From assembly GCA_964016885.1 (NCBI GenBank), contig OZ024762.1:28024001-28088000 (forward strand): DNA of 64,000 nucleotides. The letters are read 5' to 3'. Numbering within the stretch: the first letter of the stretch is position 1; each line of letters begins with the position of its first letter. Below, piece by piece: positions 1 through 11,038 of the stretch. The stretch is from Eledone cirrhosa. Taxonomy: Eukaryota. The position numbers and the translations under genes were made by a program. Below the pieces are notes generated by a model. That model did no database searches. It was not told the DNA's origin and was given only the letters and a program-made list of their open reading frames with translations.

Positions 1-137
1 ACCTCTAAAAACCCAAACGGGGAGTACCTGGAAAAAAAGAGTGCCCGCTAACTGGGAGAAATGAGGCAAAATGGGGAGATTTTACATAATGAATGCTACA
101 CCCATTTTCACAAGAGAAGACATCTCTCAGCCACCCC

Positions 138-200
<63 letters not shown>

Positions 201-595
201 AAAGTATAATATTAGAAGGGGTACTCTATTGTTGTGTGTGTACCCTTAAAAACAGGTAGAATTTAACAGAAATAAGCTAGAAGTGAAAGGGGCGGGGGAG
301 AGAGAATCGAAAATTAGGTTGGGGGTGGGTTGGGTGGTGGTGGAGTACTCGCTTCCTTGTTGCAGCGTGTCTTTTTTTCAGCATCTAGTCAGTCTTCCAT
401 ACATACCAAATGTACGTGTGTATACATATATATATATATAGTTATATATATAGTTTATATATTAGGAGATTACCCAACAACAAAAGCAGTAGACGACTCA
501 CAGACAGACACCGACCGAGAGTTCTATCAACACTCTACACACCTTGCCTCCTCGCCGTATATAAACCACACGTTTCTTTTCTCTGACACTAGTTG

Positions 596-634
<39 letters not shown>

Positions 635-875
635 CGCACACGTACATACATGAAAAGAAAGCGTAGTTCTTGCAATCCTTCTGGGAAATTGGAAAATATT
701 TGAAAATATTTTACTACATTCTCACCCACTAGAACCTTACTTAACATCGTAATAAAATCCCCCCCGCCACCCTAAAAAAAAATTCCAAACACAGCCTTTA
801 AAAATACGAATAAACCTCATAAAAGATCAAAGACCAGTTCACCGCCAAAGAAACGAAGAATTTGTCCAGATGTAA

Positions 876-1115
876 CATCATCATCGTTTAACGTCCATCT
901 TCCATGCTTGCATGGGTTTGGATGGGAATTTTCCCACTTGAGGCAAGATTGGTTGTCTTGCTCGTATATGACTGTCTGGTGGGTTTTCTACGGCTGGATG
1001 CCCTTCCTAACAGCAACCACGTTTACAGTGTGGACTGGGAGGTTTTTACCGTGTTACCTACAAGGCCACATTACAGCGTGGACTGTGTTTTTAGGTCGCG
1101 ACACCTACACGACCT
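876..1115 (-). mobile_element. RTE LINE 3' UTR fragment with (GAT)n tail
   Basis: Closely matches the 3' UTRs at 1753-1990 and 11039-11400 (catcatcatcgtttaacgtccat...ggatgcccttcctaac...). Confidence 0.85.
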
Positions 1116-1277
1116 ATATAATGAGGTATTTTTATTTTTTTAAAATATATTATTTCTGATAAAATGGGAACACACCCTCATTTAATTTTCTAAAGAAACA
1201 TAAATTGTGTGTGTGACGTTTCTCATAACAGGGCAACTGGTCTAACCCATGCTATAGTGTAAAAATGGACGTTGAAT

Positions 1278-1748
1278 GGTGGTGATGATATATATAATGA
1301 AAAGATTCAGGACTCCGACGGCTGGATTCGGATCTAGCTGTCGAAATGGACGGAGCTCAGCCGTCGGAGTCCTGAATATTTTCATATTGTCCACTCTACT
1401 ACCCTAAGTATTGAGTACTCAGGTGCTAACGCCCTCTGGTGATGTCCAGCAGAAGCAAGGGGGACAACCGTCTATGCATTTCAGGCTTAACTGGCCTTCG
1501 TCAGGACGGTCCCTCCCACCGCTTGCGACTGCTGAACTAAAAGACAGGCGAGAATATATACTTTTCTCGTTTGTGTAAATGAGGTGATTAATCTCATTTG
1601 CATATGAAGCCGCATAAGTTGGCTCAACTTATAATAAAAAAGAAATAGGATTTCGCTTCAATCATAGCTTTATAGAATATGTATAAATATTTCATATCTC
1701 CAAAGATTTCTTTGGAGATACAAAATATTTACACATATTGTATAAAGC
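1278..1748 (-). mobile_element. Non-coding hairpin-bounded element carrying a hammerhead ribozyme (PLE pLTR-like or retrozyme-like)
   Basis: Inverted repeat at 1278-1385, the box ccactctactaccctaagtattgagta shared with copies at 33233 and 37621, a hammerhead at 1467-1510, and a second imperfect hairpin at 1667-1748. Confidence 0.6.
1467..1510 (-). ncRNA. Minimal type I hammerhead ribozyme
   Basis: Minus strand reads accgtc CTGACGA aggc-cagttaa-gcct GAAA tgca TA gacggt. Stem I is 6 bp, stem II is 4 bp, stem III is palindromic and the core is intact. Confidence 0.88.
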
Positions 1749-1752
1749 ATAT

Positions 1753-4700
1753 ATCATCATCATCATCGTTTAACGTCCATTTTCCATGCTAGCATGGGTC
1801 TGGACGGGAATTGTCCCACTTGAGGCAAGATTGGTTGTCTTGCTCAGGACTGTCTGGCAGGTTTTCTATGGCTGGATGCCCTTCCTAACACCAACCACGT
1901 TTACAGTGTGAACTGGGAGGTTTTTACCGTGTTACCTACACAGCCACATTACAGCGTGGACCGTGTTTTTTTGTTGTGACACCTACACAACCTCATTTAT
2001 TTAGGACTGGATGTTGTGGTACCAACATAGCTTTACATCGAAAGGGGTGGTGTAGATGGTGGTGGGGGTAGGGTTGGGACGGGGGTGTATTTCGGTTAAG
2101 AGGTGCCTACTGACTGTAGGTTTCGCTTTGTACTTAGGCAAGGTGGGTCTTCTGTATTTACTACGTAGCGCCAAAGATCTCGGTCCAGTGACATTGTCTT
2201 GGAGAGGTGTGTGTGAGGTCGGATTTTATCAAGTCGTCCCAGGTTTTTCTCGGTCTGCCTACTCCGTAGCTATCGTCTATTTTGATCGCCCTGCACTTTT
2301 TTATACAGCTGTCATCTTTCATGCGCATCACGTGACCATACCAACGTAGTCTTCTCTTGAGTAAATAGCATCTGATCCCTCTTATTCCTAATTTCTCCCT
2401 TAGTTCATTTATGCTTTGCCGTTCGCGTATATTACTATTACACATCCAACGGAGCATGCAAGCTTCGTTCCTCTCCAGTCTGCGTATATCCTCTGCACAC
2501 AAGGCCCAGGTCTCACTGCCATGTAACATCGCTGTTCGTATGCAGGCATCATACAGCCTGCCTTTTATTTTTAGAGAGAAACCTTTAACGGCCAATAGTG
2601 GTATAAGCTCTCTGAACTTTTTCTATCCCGTTCGGACTCTAGCTACAGTACTTTCACAGCACCCTCCACCACTGCTGATTTTGTTACCCAGGTAACGGAA
2701 GGTATCCACTATTTCTATAGAACCATCTGTGCAATGGAATGAGTTAGTATTCTGTGGGCACTTGCTGCTACTTATTGCACCAGAGCACCGGCCACATATA
2801 AAATCTATATTCTTAGTTAGTTTACCTGTGATGCCACTACATCTTTTATGCACCCATACTTTTGCATTTGGGACATAAAATGGAGTTTCTGCCTACTCCT
2901 TTCCTACACACTGAGCATGGCCATTTCCCAGATGGGACCAGTGCCCTATTCTCCTTCCTACATTTTAGGACTTTAGTCTTAGACAAGTTAACTTTAAGAC
3001 CTTTTGATTCTAAGCCATGCTTCCATGTTTGGAATTTCTTCCCTAGTTCAGCCATTCGGCTATGAGCGTTAGATCATCTGCGTATAGAAGTTCCCATGGG
3101 CAGCCGGTCTTGAACTCCTCCGTTATAGCTTGGTGGGCGATAATAAATAGGAGGGGGCTAAGGACGGCGCCCTGATGAACACCAACTTTTATGCTAAACT
3201 CTTCACTATATTCGTTGTTAATTCTAACCTTGCTGACTGTTTCTTTATACATGGCTTGTATAGCTCTCACAAGCCATTCATCTACACCTAGTTTTCTAAG
3301 AGTCCACCAGATAATGGAGCGGGGGACTCTGTCGAAGGCTTTCTCCAAGTCACCAAAAGCTAAGTATAGGGGTTTACTTTTAGCTAGGTACTTCTCCTGT
3401 AGTTGTCATACAATGAAAAGAGCGTCTGTGGTACTTTTACTGACACAAACCCGAACTGCATTTCATCTAGATTAATTCGCTCTCTGATTAGTTGCACTAT
3501 TACTTTTTCTGTGACCTTTATGACCTGGTCAATTAATTTAATGCCTCTATAGTTTCCCCTATCTAGGGTGTCTCCTTTACCCTTGTAGCAGTTAATGATG
3601 ATGCTGCTACGCCAGTCCTTTGGTATGACCCCATTCTGTATAACTTGGTTTACTATCCGGGTGACCATAGTGTGTCCCACCGTTCCAGATGCTTTCAGCA
3701 TTTCAGCAACTATTTCCGAAGGCCCAGCCGCCTTGCCCATCTTCATATCTTTGATCGCCTTACTTATTATACTACCTTCAACTTGCACTGCTGGTCCCTC
3801 TATTGGATCGATGTTGGGGAGGCTGTCTTTCTCCCATTTATTCTCCTCATTTAGTAGCCTTTCGTAGTGACACTTCCAAGCTACCTTCTTATCAGCGTCA
3901 GTAATGGCAAGTACACCATCATCATTACGGACACACTTCTCCCTGACAATATCACGGTTCTCCTTGACACATTGTCTAGCAATCCTGAACACCTCACGTT
4001 TTTGGTCCTCGCGTTGTAGAACATGCTTGAACTTTCTTTCCTTTGTTTCCCTTCTTGCGAAGTGCACTTGGATCTTAGCTTCCCTCCTGGCCACTTGATA
4101 GTCTTCTCTACTTCCCCCATCCCACCATACTTTCCAAGCCTGCTTTTTGGCCTTGATCGACTCCTCCACCTTACTGTTCCACCACCAAGTTACTCTCCTC
4201 CTGCCTATAGGTCTGCTCCAGACACAGATTTCATCTGTCGCCTTCAGCAGGTTAGCTTTCAGGAATACCCACTGTTCCTCTATATTGTACGACTCTAATT
4301 GCTCTTCCTTATTGTCAAAAGCATCAAGTAATATGCTTTTAAATTTATTACTGGCTATGGGGTCCTTTAGCTTCCATATTTTTCTCCTAAGGATAGTCCT
4401 CCTCTGTTGTTGGGTACGTCTCGTCCTGACTATGAGGTCGCTAACTATGAGGCTATGTTGGGAGGTGCATTTTTGATGGGGGAGGGATTTAGTGTTTACA
4501 ACAGACACTCTGTCTCGTCTTCTGGAAAGGATATAATCTATCTGACCTGCATGTTCCCCTGATCTATAGGTGATCAAGTGATTGTCTCGTTTTTTGAAGT
4601 TAGTGTTACAGATAGTTAGATTATTTGTGTCACAGAATTCCAGGATTCTGGAGCCTTCCTCATTTCTACTACCAAACCCATAGCCTCCATGAATTCCGTC

Positions 4701-5340
4701 ATAGCCGTCACAATGTTGTCCAACGTGACCATTTAGGTCGCCAGCAATAATTATATAGTCACTGTCAGTTATTTGGGAGGTAGTGAGCATTAACGACTCA
4801 TAGAATCTGTCTTTTATAATGCCACGCAGTCCGGGTTGGGGTGCATACGCAGATATTATTGTCACAGTAGTTCTATTGAGGACAAGTCTTATTTTAATCC
4901 TTCTGTCGTTCACTCTATTTACGTCTATTATCTTATCTACCCATTTTTCTGCTACCATGAATCGTACTCCACCCAGCCCATTGTCATTTCCCACCCACAA
5001 TGAATCTAGCAGACCCACCCCTCCACCTGGTCCCTTGAATACAGCAAACCTTCTTACGTTCAAGCATCTCTACAACCTCGTTAGAGCTTCCTTTTAAGGT
5101 ACCTATATTCATGGTACCAACTCTGAAGTTTTGGATTGCGTTTGGTGGGTGGGGAGGACAGGGCGCAGGGAGGGGTGAGGGAGATGGGGCTATGTTAGCC
5201 GTCCGCGGCCTAAATAAAGAGGAGTCCTTGCATTCTCGTCCAGCAGCATGAGGTGAATTTGTCTTTAGCATTGTCACTGAGTGTCCAGATTTTTCAGACT
5301 CTCCAGAATTCCGTAGTCCATCCATCATATCGAAAGGCAA
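1753..5340 (-). mobile_element. RTE-clade LINE copy 1 (APE + RT with PHD-like insert), degenerate
   Basis: Frameshifted ORF pieces 4984-5340, 3384-5063, 3043-3348 (KAFDRV, HQG, YADD), 2846-3055, 2623-2853 and 2161-2595 (RRLRWYGHV, GRPRKTW). (GAT)n tail at ~1753. The 5' limit is uncertain. Confidence 0.92.
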
Positions 5341-5959
5341 CCAGGTCTAAAGTTAAGTGATAACATGAGCCCCTGACTTATGATTGGTCCAAATAATAAT
5401 GGTGGTCAGTGAGGGGGGGGGGGGGGGATCTGGGGGTAGTTAGCGAAAAGGTTATAAAATAAAATCCACAAAATTTTTGGCCATAATCGAACGAGCATAT
5501 AACTGTAATAAGGGAAGAATTATGGGATTTTAAAATACAAGATTATTTTGAACGATCAGACAGAATTATCGAAGAGCATTGAAAAAGAAAAAAGAAAAGG
5601 TTGTATTCTGGACGATATGATACAGATAGATGAATGGACAAGGGAACATGGAGAGATGAGAAAATAGGATTCGTACATTACTTTACATTTCACAGAAGAT
5701 CGAGCGAGCGATGTAGCCAAGAATATGGATTGACAAATTCTGAGTTTCGTACCCCACAACAGTTTATTTTATGTTTGAAGAGAGAGGGGATGGAATTGAA
5801 AGAGAGCCAGCAGGCATGTATACGATGTATGGGGGGGGGGGGGGGGGAGAATAGTAGGGAGCAGGAAGGTTAATTTATAAAATCCTAGAATTTTGACCAT
5901 ATTTAAACGAGCGAGGAAGTTATTTTATAAAAATAAAAATCGAGATAAGTTTATAGAAT

Positions 5960-6285
<326 letters not shown>

Positions 6286-6489
6286 GTATTAGTTATACTA
6301 TTTATGGTTATGTAAACACAAAACCTTAAGCAGTTGTAAGTATTTTACACACACCCTAAATAGTGGTAGGCAGTAATGTATTACTACCTTATTACCAGTA
6401 AGTTAAGTAGCTCAATGTAAAAACATCAGATGATTTACAGAGCAGTTATATGAAATATAAGAATCAAAGAACTGTTCAAAACATTATTG

Positions 6490-6536
6490 TGCTTACAGCT
6501 GTTTCCTCCAAACCGAGGTTTGGATTCTTCGGAGCA
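6490..6536 (-). ncRNA. Minimal type I hammerhead ribozyme in PLE 3' pLTR
   Basis: tgct CCGAAGA a-tccaaac-ctcg-gtttgga-g GAAA cagctg TA agca. The core has a U4C variant and stem III is the palindrome CAGCTG. Confidence 0.8.
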
Positions 6537-7979
6537 ATTTATTAATGCATGGACAGTTATATGACCTCCTTTTCAGCCGAGAGACATACCAATACATATT
6601 CAAACATTGATACATATTCAAACATTGTGGGTCAACATTCATTACAGAATTTAGAGTGGCAGTACACACTTCGAGATTACATTTATATTAATAGGTACAA
6701 TCAGAAATCAAAGATATAGGTTAAAGTACAACATGAAGATAAGTGGTTATATAGTGCAAATGTTATATGTGTGGCACGCATGTGCGTCTTGTTTATATAG
6801 TGTGGCAGAGAGATATGTGTGGTAGAGGCACTTAGGTAGGTAAATAAGAGTGTTAGGTTGGTAGATCTGGTGGCAAAGTCTTTATATGATTGATATAGTA
6901 TGTGTGTGGAGAAATATTATAAGCATTAAAGATAGTGCAAGCATTAAAAGTGTTATAAGTATTGGAGGTGCACAGCGCAGGGATGTCAAGTAATTCATGT
7001 ACTTCGGCATTTTCATGGTCAAGGGAGTGTATATTTCGATTATATGCCTTTCACATAATCCACGACAATCCAGTTAGAGATCGTAGTCTGGTGTTCTTTA
7101 GTTCGATACAGGAGGTTGTTACGTTTCGAGAAACGCCATTGAATACCGGAAGTGTGTGTGTGGCTAAGGGGAGTTAATGCATGCGGGGAGGTAACTCTGG
7201 GGTTTCTATATCTAGCCATTAAAATGTGTCCCAATATAGACCCTAAATTCTATGGTGAGGTGCACCTTCCAAGAGAGACTTTTAAAGCATAAAGTGTACT
7301 AACTATAGAGTAGTTTAACTAAATTATGCTGAAGGTGATCATATTATTATTAAGGTGGATTAACCCATCTTAAGGTGCTACAAGTGGAAATTATAGATGA
7401 TGAGCGAGGATTCTAAATTAATGATCTCTGTGGTTGTAGTCTGCTCATATGACCAGGCGCGGTGATTGCAGGATTGCTTCAGGACCCAATGATCTCTGGT
7501 AAGATCTGGGTCATCGCTTGCTACATTGGATGTCGAAAGATAATCGTCCCCAGGCAGGCCAAAGGTCAATCCGCAGTCCTCGCGACCCCTCTCTGACCGT
7601 CAGATCATCCATATACGTACAACCCGCACGGCAGTTGCATTGCATTCACTCACTGCGCTCAGCAGCCCGGTCCTACTGGTCAACAGCGCTACTCGATTAA
7701 ATCATTTTACATCTGTCTAAGGAAGGTGTTTCCTCTGCCCAACACTATCCAACCGATCAATTCATGCTCAAATTACCCTTAGAGCGGTGTAGTGCCGTCC
7801 AAGTGGGTGGATGTTGTCACACCTGCCGTAGAGGTATAAATGGGTATTTTCCCTGCGAAGGGTTCCAGAGGGATGTCGTTGTTTGTGTTATAATGGATCA
7901 GCTAGTGTTGGGTATGTAGTATAGGGTGTGTCTCTGGTGTTTGATGCTAGATGTGGTGTTAGGTTCCAGTCCGACATTG

Positions 7980-9920
7980 CTATATATAGGGCTTAAAGTT
8001 TTGGAAGGAATGTCTGAGGCGGTGCTGGCAAGTTGCAAACACCTCAGATTTTTTGTTAAGTAGGTTACGGTTGGAGAAGATAATATTGTGTGTCTCTAGT
8101 ATACAGAGGTTACAGAATTTATTAGGTGGTTTGTACGAGGTCGCGCTGCCTATCACTTCCCATTTGAGTGTGTATGGTTTATTTTTAGATTTTAGATAGT
8201 GTATGTAGCTAGAAAGTGAGGTGGAGTTGGCTAGGCTGTGCTTTTTGAACGAGTGGATGTGCGAGTTATATCTGATTTTGAAGCAGTTAGAAGTGGAGCC
8301 TACATAGGTTTCTGAAGAGTTATTAGTCGTGACTGTGCATGAGTATATGACATCCTTGGTTAGGCATTTTTTATCTAAAGGGCAGGTTCTATTAGCTCTA
8401 CAGTTACAATTATTCTGTGCGTTAGTCCGCTGGTTATAATGCAATGCGGAAGTCTGTGTGGTGGATATAGGATTTTGGGTGTTCGGGTTGACAACCCTGG
8501 TGTTATTACTTATACTAGTGTTATTTCTATTGTTACTGCCGTTGCTATTGTTGCTTGCTACAGTGGTATTTAGAGGGTTTGCATCCCGTTGTGATTTTGT
8601 TTGTTGGAAGTAAGAACTAATTTTACTATTATTGCTGCTAGCTATGTGGTATGCTAAGTTAGGCGTCGTAGAGTATGAGATTTTAATGGTGTTTTTGTTT
8701 AAGAGGTTGTGGTACTTGTGTCCTAGAGGGAAGTTTTTATCTAGTAGTGAGAAGAAAGCCCTAGGTATGTTGGTGGAGACATTTAGGTTGAAAGGAGGGT
8801 TGAAAAATGTATTATTTCTTCTTCTATTTTTGCTTTTAGTGTTTGGTGTGTTGCTTCCTCCTAAGGCCTCACAGTAGTTTCCATGGTAATGGTTACTTCC
8901 GGTGGCACCCTCCGCTTTGGTGTACTTGTGGTTGCTATTCCTATTATTAGATTTCCTCATGGACATGTTGTGCGAGATGATGTTGTAGCTATGTGTTTTC
9001 TTAGGTAGGAACTCAATTTCTATATTATGGCCGGAGCTAGCTAATGCTTGATTGTAATATTGTGAGTTTTTGCTAAATATGTTTGCGTCATAGGACAGAC
9101 TAGAGATTCTATTGGACACCCCCTTAGAGATAGAGTTTAATATTGATCTAGGGTGATTAGACTTGGTATCTACGTAAATAAGTTTCTCATTAGGCTTATG
9201 GAAAGGTGTATATATTTTTGAGTCTAGGTATAGTGTGGCGTCTAGGAAGTTAACATTTTTAGTGTTTTTGTCCATGGTGATATTAAGGTTAAAGTTTTTG
9301 AATGTCTTATGCAGTTGTTTTCTAGTTCTTTCTATATTAAATTTTTTATATTCTATGAGTAGAAGTGCATCATCGCGGTACAAACCACCGTTAAGGTAAG
9401 GGAGGTCTTTATGGATTTCATTGAGGAGGTATAGGCCGACCAAATCAGTGACCTGCGCCGAGTCACTAGATCCCATGGTTATGTCGAAGTTGTTGTGCGT
9501 ATCCTTGCGTGTCCATAGTTGGTCCTCGAAGGTGATTATGGTTTTACGGGCCGCAAGGATGACATCAACCTGGGCTCTAGTCAGGTCGCTATTGGTCATG
9601 GCCATGATAAGTGCCTTATTTAATAGGATAGGGGAAATAGAGGTGTAGTATGAATTGATATCAAATTGAATAAATTTTTTGTTCTTATTATTCTTGATAT
9701 CCTTAAACCATTCAATTACTTCACCCGTATTTCCCCATTGTTTAAGGTGTATCTTGTGTTTAATTTGTGGGATGATTTTATCCAAAATCTTCTTGCTGAT
9801 AATACCAATGTCGGACTTGGAAGGGCAGATAAGTCTTATCGTGGGGTTGCTGATGAAGTTCTTCTTATGGTCCTTCAGGGTATGTCTCTCGGCTGAAAAG
9901 GAGGTCATATAACTGTCCAT
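7980..9920 (-). CDS. Penelope-like reverse transcriptase / GIY-YIG endonuclease (646 aa, N-terminally truncated)
   Basis: RT motifs FDINSYY, MGS and YRDD. CxCx5Cx5C linker (CNCRANRTCPLDKKC). GIY-YIG-like VIY...YVGST...RY and C-terminal CNLC. The first ~13 codons come from the inverted pLTR. Confidence 0.88.
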   Translation of the reverse strand: MDSYMTSFSAERHTLKDHKKNFISNPTIRLICPSKSDIGIISKKILDKIIPQIKHKIHLKQWGNTGEVIEWFKDIKNNKNKKFIQFDINSYYTSISPILLNKALIMAMTNSDLTRAQVDVILAARKTIITFEDQLWTRKDTHNNFDITMGSSDSAQVTDLVGLYLLNEIHKDLPYLNGGLYRDDALLLIEYKKFNIERTRKQLHKTFKNFNLNITMDKNTKNVNFLDATLYLDSKIYTPFHKPNEKLIYVDTKSNHPRSILNSISKGVSNRISSLSYDANIFSKNSQYYNQALASSGHNIEIEFLPKKTHSYNIISHNMSMRKSNNRNSNHKYTKAEGATGSNHYHGNYCEALGGSNTPNTKSKNRRRNNTFFNPPFNLNVSTNIPRAFFSLLDKNFPLGHKYHNLLNKNTIKISYSTTPNLAYHIASSNNSKISSYFQQTKSQRDANPLNTTVASNNSNGSNNRNNTSISNNTRVVNPNTQNPISTTQTSALHYNQRTNAQNNCNCRANRTCPLDKKCLTKDVIYSCTVTTNNSSETYVGSTSNCFKIRYNSHIHSFKKHSLANSTSLSSYIHYLKSKNKPYTLKWEVIGSATSYKPPNKFCNLCILETHNIIFSNRNLLNKKSEVFATCQHRLRHSFQNFKPYI

Positions 9921-9932
9921 GCATTAATAAAT

Positions 9933-9979
9933 TGCTCCGAAGAATCCAAACCTCTGTTTGGAGGAAACAGCTGTAAGCA
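9933..9979 (+). ncRNA. Hammerhead ribozyme in the inverted pLTR (antisense to the ORF)
   Basis: tgct CCGAAGA a-tccaaac-ctct-gtttgga-g GAAA cagctg TA agca. It differs from the 6490 copy only in loop II. Confidence 0.8.
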
Positions 9980-10065
9980 CAATAATGTTTTGAACAGTTC
10001 TTTGATTCTTATATTTCATATATTTCATATATTTCATATATTTCATATATTTCATATATTTCATA

Positions 10066-11038
<973 letters not shown>

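Larger units (their letters stand above)
6286..10065 (-). mobile_element. Penelope-like retroelement (Naiad-like), 5'-truncated with an inverted pseudo-LTR
   Basis: RT + GIY-YIG ORF at 7980-9920. Segment ~6448-6590 is the reverse complement of ~9879-10020. Both copies carry a hammerhead, and (TA)n flanks both sides. Confidence 0.88.

Noticed and set aside
7980-9920. Selenocysteine recoding as reported for some Naiad PLEs
   Set aside because: The visible ORF has no in-frame TGA and I identified no SECIS.
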